A stretch of DNA of 64,000 bases, taken from NCBI GenBank assembly GCA_965219455.1, contig OZ244744.1, positions 3,648,001 through 3,712,000 on the forward strand, given 5' to 3'. Source of the DNA: Candidatus Latescibacterota bacterium (GTDB taxonomy: Bacteria > Latescibacterota > UBA2968 > GCA-2709665). The translations under genes and the position numbers were made by a program. Of the stretch, positions 47,252 through 54,909 are shown one piece after another. Numbering within the stretch: the first letter of the stretch is position 1; each line of letters opens with the position of its first letter. The notes beneath the pieces are model-generated. The model did not search any database. It was not told the origin of the DNA and worked only from the letters and a program-made list of their open reading frames with translations.

Positions 47252-48334
47252 GTGGGATTTGCCGCATTCCAACATCATCGGTGGATCATGGCGGCGGCGG
47301 ATTTCCTCGTCGCGCATCAGACGGATCGGGGAGACTTCCGGCCCCCCGGTTCGCGGGCGGGTTACAACGAGATTTACGACGCAAAGGGGATGTTCACGGT
47401 TCTTCAGGCTGCGTTCATGGTCAGAAGGAACCAGACGCTACTTGCCAGATACCTTGCGTGCGTGGATCGTCGCCTCGCTCTGTTCGGGCGGTGCCAGTTG
47501 CCGGATGGGTCACTGCCGCTGCAATGTATGGGAGACAGGAGGTCTGTTTTCACGACCGGCGTCGTGGCCGCGGTGGTGAAGATTTTCGGCGAATTGGCGG
47601 ATCCGGGTCCGCATCGGGCGACGGCGGAGCGGTGCCTGGACTATATGGTTGGTGTGTTCACCCCCCAAAACGGCTTTCGGGACGAGTCAAACGCAACCAA
47701 ATTAAGCGGGCACGATGTGTATCCGCTCTATGCGCTTCACCTCTGGGCCGAGGAGCGGACCGACGCAAGCGCCCTTGTCGGCCCGGCGACGGAGTACGTG
47801 GTGGACGGGCAGGTCTGGAACGAGGACGAGCGATTCTGGAAGGCTGGCTTCGAGGTGAGCAAGGGGGTCGATCTGCAGACAGTACCGCATCCCACGCTGG
47901 ATCTGGATATGATGTGGGTGCTATTTGAGACTCGCGGAACCCGGTACGCGGATCGGATACGATCTTCCATCGAGGGCAACCGTAGGTATTTCAAGGTGAT
48001 CGAGGCCTACTATACCGAGAACGGAATCCGGTACGCCGATGTCCGTGCGCGAACCTCCATGGCGGGGATTATGGCGCTGTATGACCATCATACCGGTTCC
48101 AAAGCGTATACGAATACCGCTGAATTCAGGACCCATCTGGACTGGACGGCGGGGATGTTCGACGAGCGGAGCGGCGGGTTCAGAGAACGGGAGAACCTGA
48201 TTACCGGTGAAAAGGCGTATTTGGGCGTCCCCGCGCAGTATCTGAGTCAATATCTGTTTTCCTGCGGTGTGCTTAACCGGGACGTACCGGAATCAGTTCT
48301 GGATCACTATGCCAGTGTTCTGTCCCGGAAATAG
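47252..48334 (+). CDS. Hypothetical protein (possible alpha/alpha-toroid)
   Basis: AADFLVAHQTDRGDF, CQLPDGSL, FDERSGGF resemble helical-barrel repeats; the stop codon lies inside MITE A copy 2. Confidence 0.7.
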   Translation: MGFAAFQHHRWIMAAADFLVAHQTDRGDFRPPGSRAGYNEIYDAKGMFTVLQAAFMVRRNQTLLARYLACVDRRLALFGRCQLPDGSLPLQCMGDRRSVFTTGVVAAVVKIFGELADPGPHRATAERCLDYMVGVFTPQNGFRDESNATKLSGHDVYPLYALHLWAEERTDASALVGPATEYVVDGQVWNEDERFWKAGFEVSKGVDLQTVPHPTLDLDMMWVLFETRGTRYADRIRSSIEGNRRYFKVIEAYYTENGIRYADVRARTSMAGIMALYDHHTGSKAYTNTAEFRTHLDWTAGMFDERSGGFRERENLITGEKAYLGVPAQYLSQYLFSCGVLNRDVPESVLDHYASVLSRK

Positions 48335-48795
48335 GTTGCCTGAATTCGGCCGACCAGAAGCAGAAAAAAAAGCTATCAGCTTTCAGCCGTCAGCTTGAAT
48401 CAAAAACCAATCAGTTGACGTCAGCGCAGTAACCTCTCCGCCCGGCCCCCTCTCCTAAAGGAAAGGGGGAGAAAAAACGCGCGATGGCTCGTCAAGACAA
48501 TTCACTTGGACATTTTAACTCATCGAGATGTCTTCAACCAATGAGAGTTCCCCCTTCCTTCAGGAAGGGTGGTAGGTCTCGTCCCAACAAGCGCACGGTC
48601 GTAGGGATGGGGGTTTTTCCGTGTTATCCCGTCCAGCATCATTCGTATTGGTACATCCAAAGGGCTCGTAGGGCAGCTAATTGCCATTGTGCCCGTGAGG
48701 TAATTCACGGAAAAACCGGCCCCGCCTGCCTGTGCGTGCTGTCTCACGCACGCAGACAGGCGGATGAATGGTGACATATTTTCGGGACGGGACAC
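48315..48795. mobile_element. MITE-like element, family A copy 2 (481 bp) with nested repeats
   Basis: Ends GTGTTCTGTCCCGGAAATAGGTTGCC... and ...GGCGGATGAATGGTGACATATTTTCGGGACGGGACAC match copy 1; the interior holds the 122-bp-type unit and a hairpin at 48722-48763. Confidence 0.7.
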
Positions 48796-48810
48796 CATGA
48801 AGGAGGAACG

Positions 48811-50055
48811 ATGAAGTTCGCACCCCGGCCGGAGAATGACTTTGCGGATTATATCCGGACGTACTACGAAGCGTGCCGTTACCACTGTGACAAGATCGAG
48901 GCGATCGCCGGCAAGTGGATGTTCCGTGACCTGCTGCCCGGCATGAGCGATTTCGACACGCGGTTCATCGTAAACGACAGTATGACGGTGGACGACTGGT
49001 GCCAATTGTCCACGGTGATGGGGCAGACGCACCTGAGGCTCTGTGAGCAATACCCATGCTGGGCGCGCAACTTCGAACACCTTCCGGGGGTAAATCTGAC
49101 CTGGTCGGAACTGACGTCGGAGCGGAACTACTATCCGGAATACCATCAGTGGACGTATTATCTCACCGAAGATCAGAATAGATTGGGCGCGGCCCTGGAC
49201 ACGCTTGCGCGGAGGCGGTGGGATGAAAAGGACGAGTACTTTCATCTGAAAAAGTTCTGCCTGTATTACGGGCGCTACAACCGCACGATCGATCCGGCGA
49301 TCAATTTGGGCGTTCACGAAAACAAGTACCCGCTGCACAGCCGGATTATGCATTATTTCAATCCGCCGGTCCATTCGGCCGTCTGCATTCTGGAGAAGCG
49401 GAATATCTGCGGAAAGCTGGATGCATACGAAATCGCCGAGCGGCATTTTCCGGAGCTGCGCTGCTGGGACCTGATCAGGGAGATTCTGCACGCGCAATAC
49501 GAGATTCCGAAGTGGTACGAGGAGCCCCACCTGACGCAACTGGAGGATGTGCTGGAAGAGGCGTTGGGTGCCATACTCGCCCGGTTGAGGGATGCGGTAA
49601 CCCTGATTTCCGGGGAGGCGGGCACGGATATGGGCGCATGGAAGGCGGCGCTTCAGGAGGTGCCGGTGGATCCGGCGCTGGTGATTTTCGACAATGCCAA
49701 GTTTTCACGCCTGATGAAGGGCCGCCTCCACTTTTACGGACACGCGCCGGCCCATTTCGATACCACGTGGCTGATTCAGAACGAACTGGGGCGGATCGGC
49801 AACAGTTTCTTCCGTATGCCCTTCCGCACGTTCTGGAAGATCAGGACCGGGGAGACGGTTGAGGATCCCGTGACGATCCTGGAGGAACTGAAGGGAGACC
49901 CGTTATCTCCGTCGGAGGTGGAGGGCACAAAGGCGTTTGCCCGATTGACGCCGGATGCATGGGAAGAGGGTAAGGAGCACGAGATCGCCGCAGCCATTGT
50001 GGAGGTATTTGACGAATTTTTCAGTGCGTTGAACAAGATCAGCGAGGCCGTATAA
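48811..50055 (+). CDS. Hypothetical protein with N-terminal Pol-beta-type nucleotidyltransferase-like motif
   Basis: AAGGAGG RBS; IEAIAGKW..RDLLPGMSDFDTRFI resembles hG[S]x..PGxSDhD; helical C-terminus. Confidence 0.7.
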   Translation: MKFAPRPENDFADYIRTYYEACRYHCDKIEAIAGKWMFRDLLPGMSDFDTRFIVNDSMTVDDWCQLSTVMGQTHLRLCEQYPCWARNFEHLPGVNLTWSELTSERNYYPEYHQWTYYLTEDQNRLGAALDTLARRRWDEKDEYFHLKKFCLYYGRYNRTIDPAINLGVHENKYPLHSRIMHYFNPPVHSAVCILEKRNICGKLDAYEIAERHFPELRCWDLIREILHAQYEIPKWYEEPHLTQLEDVLEEALGAILARLRDAVTLISGEAGTDMGAWKAALQEVPVDPALVIFDNAKFSRLMKGRLHFYGHAPAHFDTTWLIQNELGRIGNSFFRMPFRTFWKIRTGETVEDPVTILEELKGDPLSPSEVEGTKAFARLTPDAWEEGKEHEIAAAIVEVFDEFFSALNKISEAV

Positions 50056-50117
50056 GCGCGATAAGTATGTGGCACGACGTCGTTGAAACGCTAACTTGAA
50101 CATGAAAGGAGAATCAG

Positions 50118-51260
50118 ATGCAGGTCAAGGCGCTCAGGTTACAGGACGTGGACTACGGCGGCCAATGGGACGAGGAGATCGAGGATCGCTGGGAATATAA
50201 CGATTTCCGGGCCGATTCGGCCTGGCGCGAGGGCTGGATCAGCATGGACAGTGTGTATCACAACGCGGATGACGACCGCGTTTACCTGGGAATTACTTCT
50301 TTCAATGCCGACATATTCCGCGCCTACGATCGCGCGACCGGCGAGTTCGTGGATCTGGGGTACGCAAAAGTCGCCAATCCGTTCGACGCCAAGTTTCACA
50401 GGTCGCTGGTCAGGTGGGAGAAAGACGGTTGTCTGTACGGCGCAATCGCGCTCCTGCACGATATCGATCGGTACTGGGAGGCGCCCGGCGGAGCGATAGT
50501 AAAATACGATCCTGCTACAGGCGAACTCCAGAAGATCGGGGTTCCCATGCCGCATATGTACATCCAGTCCATCTGCCTGGACCAGGAACGCGGCGCGATC
50601 TACGGAATGACGTTTACGCCCGAGCGGATGTTCCGTTTCAACCTCGTTGACGGGCGATCGGACGACCTGGGGCCGATCAGCAGCGGAATGGAAATGGCCC
50701 AGGGCGAGAACGTCGAACTGGACGACGAAGGATGCGTCTGGTGCGGCTGGAGCGTGACGCGGGCGTGGCAGAATTTCGCAGGCGTGGACCGCAACCGGCT
50801 TTGCAAGTTCAACCCTGAAACCGACAGAATCGAGTATTACGACGCGGGTCTCCCCAAACCGGACGGCGCCTACGGGTATGAGAGGGTGGAGGGCATCTTC
50901 AATCTGGGAGAAGGCCGTATGTTCGCCAGCGGCGCCAACGGGTCGATTTACCGGATCGATACGGAGACCGGGGCGGGCACGTATCTCGGCACGCCCGTTG
51001 CGGACCGGCGCAGCAGGCTCACAACGCTGCAGCCCGGCCCCGACGGGGCCGCCTACGGGGTGACCGGACGGGACGGAAAGTGCGAGGTGATCCGATTCGA
51101 CGCGGATGCGGAATCATGGGATCTGCTGGGACCGGTATCCGACGGAGACGCTCACTGCTGGCAGGTCCACGACGTGGCCGTCACACCCGACGGGACAATC
51201 TACGCCGGGGAGAACGACAGCCCCTACCGCAGCGGATATCTGTGGGAGATCAAGATCTGA
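50118..51260 (+). CDS. Hypothetical beta-propeller protein
   Basis: AAAGGAG RBS; repeated blades (YDRATGEFVDLG, YDPATGELQKIG, IDTETGAGTYLG, VAVTPDGTIYAGE). Confidence 0.8.
   Translation: MQVKALRLQDVDYGGQWDEEIEDRWEYNDFRADSAWREGWISMDSVYHNADDDRVYLGITSFNADIFRAYDRATGEFVDLGYAKVANPFDAKFHRSLVRWEKDGCLYGAIALLHDIDRYWEAPGGAIVKYDPATGELQKIGVPMPHMYIQSICLDQERGAIYGMTFTPERMFRFNLVDGRSDDLGPISSGMEMAQGENVELDDEGCVWCGWSVTRAWQNFAGVDRNRLCKFNPETDRIEYYDAGLPKPDGAYGYERVEGIFNLGEGRMFASGANGSIYRIDTETGAGTYLGTPVADRRSRLTTLQPGPDGAAYGVTGRDGKCEVIRFDADAESWDLLGPVSDGDAHCWQVHDVAVTPDGTIYAGENDSPYRSGYLWEIKI
51174..51252 (+). repeat. Diverged 79-bp direct repeat, left copy (3' end of 50118-51260); right copy at 54363-54441
   Basis: Ungapped alignment VAVTPDGTIYAGENDSPYRSGYLWEI vs VAETPDRTINAGENDSPQCTGYLWEI, both ending CGGATATCTGTGGGAGATCA. 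Confidence 0.8.
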
Positions 51261-51280
51261 CCCGAACAGCCGTCCAGAGA

Positions 51281-51421
51281 ATGTATATCGAAGACGGCGG
51301 GTGGACACAACGCCAGGCTGCAAGTTTTTTAGAGTTCCAGCCACGCATCGGTAAATCAACGAAACGAAAAATCGGTCGTTTTTGCGTGGAAAGACTGATC
51401 GATAAGTTGACGCGTACGGGG
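51281..51421 (+). pseudogene. Remnant of an XRE/HTH_37 (HigA-like) regulator, C-terminal part
   Basis: YIEDGGWTQRQAASFL..QPRI......IGRFCVERLIDKL; overlaps in sequence with YIESKGWTQREAAAF in the fragment starting at 54462. Confidence 0.55.
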
Positions 51422-51481
51422 GATGCAGGTCTATATTTGCTTCGAGGCATGAGTAGCGAAAGCCTATGGGAGACGAAACTG

Positions 51482-51733
51482 ATGAACGAATCGACAATCC
51501 GGCTTCATATTGAGCCATTGGACGACGGTGGTTTTCTGGCCACGAGTCCCGATGTCCCGGGCCTGGTTTCGGAAGGACGCAGCGTCACCGAGGCCGCGGA
51601 GATTGCACAAGGTCTCGTGCGCAAAATCGCCGAGTCGTGCATAGAACACGGCGATCCGCTTCCCAGTGCATTGGCAACGCTTGCGGATGGCAACGCGTCC
51701 ACTGAATTACTGGTACCCGTAAGTGTGCCGTAA
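51482..51733 (+). CDS. hicB: HicB-family antitoxin (DUF1902-like)
   Basis: IEPLDDGGFLATSPDVPGLVSEGRSVTEAAE...EHGDPLP; TAATG coupling to hicA. Confidence 0.8.
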   Translation: MNESTIRLHIEPLDDGGFLATSPDVPGLVSEGRSVTEAAEIAQGLVRKIAESCIEHGDPLPSALATLADGNASTELLVPVSVP

Positions 51734-51903
51734 TGGGACGGCTTTCCGGGTTCAAATACCGAGACGTTGTCAAACGCCTGCGTTATTTCGGCTTTGTGTT
51801 CGATCGCCCGGGTCCCGGCAGTCACGAAGTCTGGCGTCATACTCGGACTGGTCGCTCACGTGCGCAAGATGAGTATATTACTGACCCGCGTCCCTTTTCT
51901 TAG
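51733..51903 (+). pseudogene. hicA: HicA-family toxin, apparently C-terminally truncated (56 aa; absent from ORF track)
   Basis: MGRLSGFKYRDVVKRLRYFGFVFDRPGPGSHEVWRHTRTGR contains the GSH motif, then runs into unrelated sequence; the VP.H...G(T)L..I half is missing. Confidence 0.7.
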
Positions 51904-51917
51904 CTTGGGGGGAATCC

Positions 51918-53513
51918 ATGCGTTTTTTCAACACGGCCGGTCCCATCAAGCCTGATATTCACTATGATGTCCCGCCGTTGGAACGGGTTGACCTGGACGA
52001 GGTGCTGATGCTGATCGAGCAGCAGAGGTACTTCGTGATGCACGCGCCCCGGCAGACGGGCAAGACGTCTGTGCTGCTGGCCCTGATGGATGAACTGAAT
52101 GGAAGGGGGCGGTATCGCTGCATGTACGTGAACGTCGAGATCGGCCAGTCCGCACGCGAAGACGTGGGGGCGGCCATGCGGGCGATACTGAGTCAATTGG
52201 CTTTGAGAGCGGAGCGCATCCTGGGTGAGCGGATCGTGGAGGAGGTCTGGCGCAGGGCGCTTGAGGACTCGGGCCCCCACGGCGCGCTACAGGAGGTGCT
52301 CAGCCGCTGGGCCGCGGCAGACGTTAGGCCGCTGGTGCTGATGATCGACGAGATTGACGCGCTGATCGGCGACACGCTCCTGTCCGTGCTTCGGCAACTC
52401 CGCGCGGGCTATCCTGATCGGCCTCGCCAATTTCCGCAGACGGTGATCCTGTGCGGGGTGCGCGACGTGCGCGACTACCGCATCCAATCCACGGCGGAGA
52501 ACGCCATCATCGCAGGAGGCAGCGCGTTCAACGTTCGCGCTGAGTCCCTGCGGCTGGGCGATTTCTCACTGGACGAAGTGCGGATGCTCCTGGCGCAACA
52601 CACCGAGACCACCGGACAAATATTCGCAGAGGATGCCCAAAACGCGATCTGGGAACTGACGCAGGGACAACCGTGGCTCGTCAACGCCCTATCTTACGAA
52701 GCCTGCTTTAAGAACAAGGCCGGACGAGATCGCAGCCAACCCATCACTGTCAACGCGATATGCGATGCGAGGGAGCAACTCATCCTGCGCAGAGAAACGC
52801 ACCTCGACCAACTCACCGACAAATTACAGGAGGAGCGCGTGCGCCGCGTGGTCGAACCCCTGTTGAGCGGTGCTGCATCGGATGAGGCGATTCCTCAAGA
52901 CGATCTGGAATACGTGCGCGATTTGGGCCTTGTGAGCCGTCAACGCCCTGTTGCCATCGCCAATCCGATCTATCAGGAGGTCATCCCCCGCGACCTGACC
53001 TATACCACGCAGGAATACCTCGTTCAAGACACAGCCTGGTACGTAGATGCAGAGGGCAAGCTGCGTCTTGCCGACCTGCTGAGCGCGTTCCAGGGGTTTT
53101 TTCGCGAACATTCAGAACACTGGGTCGAGCGGTTCCAGTATAAAGAAGCCGGTCCCCAGTTGCTGTTGCAGGCGTTTCTCCAGCGCATCGTCAATACAGG
53201 TGGGCGGATCGAGCGGGAGTATGGCTTGGGGCGGATGCGTACCGATCTGCTGATCCTGTGGCCTGCGCCCGGCGGCGCCCTGCCCGGTCAAGCGGTTCGG
53301 AAGGCGGTGGTCGAATGCAAGTTGCTCTACAGGAGTCTGGAACAGACCGTGCACGAGGGCCTCGAACAGACGCGCGCCTACATGGATCGCTGTGACGCGA
53401 CCGAAGGGCATCTCATCGTCTTTGACCGCACGGTCGGCAAGTCGTGGGACGAAAAGCTATTCCGCCGCGAGGAGGACATAGGGGATACGAAAGTCACGGT
53501 GTGGGGGATGTGA
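51918..53513 (+). CDS. AAA+ (AAA_35-like) ATPase with C-terminal PD-(D/E)xK-like domain
   Basis: MRFFNTAGP; Walker A HAPRQTGKTS; Walker B LMIDEID; TQGQPWLVN; REYGLGRMRTDLLI...VVECK. Confidence 0.85.
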   Translation: MRFFNTAGPIKPDIHYDVPPLERVDLDEVLMLIEQQRYFVMHAPRQTGKTSVLLALMDELNGRGRYRCMYVNVEIGQSAREDVGAAMRAILSQLALRAERILGERIVEEVWRRALEDSGPHGALQEVLSRWAAADVRPLVLMIDEIDALIGDTLLSVLRQLRAGYPDRPRQFPQTVILCGVRDVRDYRIQSTAENAIIAGGSAFNVRAESLRLGDFSLDEVRMLLAQHTETTGQIFAEDAQNAIWELTQGQPWLVNALSYEACFKNKAGRDRSQPITVNAICDAREQLILRRETHLDQLTDKLQEERVRRVVEPLLSGAASDEAIPQDDLEYVRDLGLVSRQRPVAIANPIYQEVIPRDLTYTTQEYLVQDTAWYVDAEGKLRLADLLSAFQGFFREHSEHWVERFQYKEAGPQLLLQAFLQRIVNTGGRIEREYGLGRMRTDLLILWPAPGGALPGQAVRKAVVECKLLYRSLEQTVHEGLEQTRAYMDRCDATEGHLIVFDRTVGKSWDEKLFRREEDIGDTKVTVWGM

Positions 53514-53545
53514 CGGGGGAAGAAAGAAGCAACGACAGCAGAGGA

Positions 53546-53668
53546 ATGGCCCTTCGGCTCATCGGTTTCAGGAACTGGGATGTTGTCCAGCGCCTGCGAC
53601 GATTCGGCGATGCGTTCGACCGTCCGGTCTTTGAGGTCGCAGCCCGATTGCAATGGAGGTGCCGATGA
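53546..53668 (+). pseudogene. Second, degenerate hicA 5' fragment
   Basis: RLIGFRNWDVVQRLRRFGDAFDRP aligns with RLSGFKYRDVVKRLRYFGFVFDRP. Confidence 0.55.
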
Positions 53669-53973
53669 TGGAGATGCTCGAAAGCAAGCTCGACGCGATC
53701 GCGAAAGCGTGCAAACGCCATGGCGCCACTCGGCTTGATGCCTTTGGATCGGCTCTGCGCGGAGACTTCCAGCACGTGCAGAGCGACGTGGATCTCCTGG
53801 TAGAACTTGGCCCCATGGAACCTTATGCTCGAGTCGATGCCTACTTCGGCCTGCTGGAAGCGCTGAGATCGATATTGGGGGAGCAAGTGGACCTGGTGGT
53901 TTCAGGAGCCGTGAAGAACTGCTATATCGCAAGTGAAATCGAGCAGACAAAAGAGTTACTGTATGTCCCGTGA
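53665..53973 (+). CDS. mntA: Minimal nucleotidyltransferase (MNT) antitoxin
   Basis: FGSALRGDF....SDVDLLV, LG..VDLV; GGAGG RBS; overlaps the HEPN gene. Confidence 0.88.
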   Translation: MMEMLESKLDAIAKACKRHGATRLDAFGSALRGDFQHVQSDVDLLVELGPMEPYARVDAYFGLLEALRSILGEQVDLVVSGAVKNCYIASEIEQTKELLYVP

Positions 53974-54322
53974 CGCGAGAGCATACCTGTCTGATGTAAT
54001 CGAGGCCTGCGACGCAATCACTAGCGCTGTCCGTGGGCTCGATTTGCGAAGCTACGAAGGCAACCGGCTCGTGCGTTCCTCCGTCGAACGTGAATTCATC
54101 ATCATCATCGGCGAAGCTCTCGCAGCTGTCAACAGGTTGTCGAAGGAGATCTTCGGCAGCATAACACGGGCTCGACGAATCGTGGACTTTCGCAATCAAC
54201 TGACACATCAGTATCCAAGCGTGGATGACGGTATCGTCTGGGCGATCATTGAACGGGATGTTCCCGTGCTGCGAAGAGAGTGCGCGGCATCGGTTCAACG
54301 CATGCGTCTATCCGATGAATAA
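53963..54322 (+). CDS. hepT: HEPN (DUF86) ribonuclease toxin
   Basis: AYLSDVIEAC, SVEREF.IIGEA, RNQLTHQY (Rx4HxY motif), IVWAI. Confidence 0.88.
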   Translation: MSRDARAYLSDVIEACDAITSAVRGLDLRSYEGNRLVRSSVEREFIIIIGEALAAVNRLSKEIFGSITRARRIVDFRNQLTHQYPSVDDGIVWAIIERDVPVLRRECAASVQRMRLSDE

Positions 54323-54362
54323 ACATCCCAAGAAGGACGGTGATGGGGCCTGAAGGCTTCCG

Positions 54363-54779
54363 GTGGCTGAGACTCCGGACCGGACGATCAACGCGGGCGA
54401 AAACGACAGCCCCCAGTGCACCGGATATCTGTGGGAGATCAGCCAAAAGGGGAGAAACGCGATGGAACTGATCCCGGGCAACGATAACGTATTCAAAGAT
54501 ATCGGTTTTGATCGCGCAGAAGCGGCGAACTTAAGTGTGCGGCCTGATCTGATGCTGGACCTGAGAAAGTACATCGAATCGAAAGGGTGGACCCAGCGCG
54601 AAGCGGCCGCGTTTTCCGCATCGGTCAGTCGTTACGAGACACGCGCACTGCGGCACCTGCGAAGCAGGGTCGTCGCAGATTGCGACGCATGGTACGATCT
54701 GGACGAGGACGGGACGATTGGTTTTGGTGATTTTCTGCTTTTTGCCAACGCTTTCGGTACGCATAATTCTTCAACCTGA
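54363..54779 (+). pseudogene. In-frame chimera of three remnants: propeller-gene tail, XRE/HTH_37 N-terminal half and half a dockerin-like domain
   Basis: AGENDSP..GYLWEI | (ATG 54462) GNDNVFKDIGFDRAEAANL...WTQREAA | YDLDEDGTIGFGDFLLFANAFG. Confidence 0.65.
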
Positions 54780-54909
54780 CCCGTCTGCCTCGTGCGAGAA
54801 TTATTGACTGTCGCCAACGGGTCCCCGGTTTTGAAGGCGTTGGAATGGGATGTTTTCGTACCTGTGATTGCAGGAGTCTGGCGTCTGGTCTTAAGCGGAG
54901 GATAGTCCA

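Noticed and set aside
51080-51481. N-terminal 134 codons of the 217-aa ORF ending at 51733
   Set aside because: Read-through of the upstream gene's alternate frame and the XRE remnant; HicB similarity starts at 51482.
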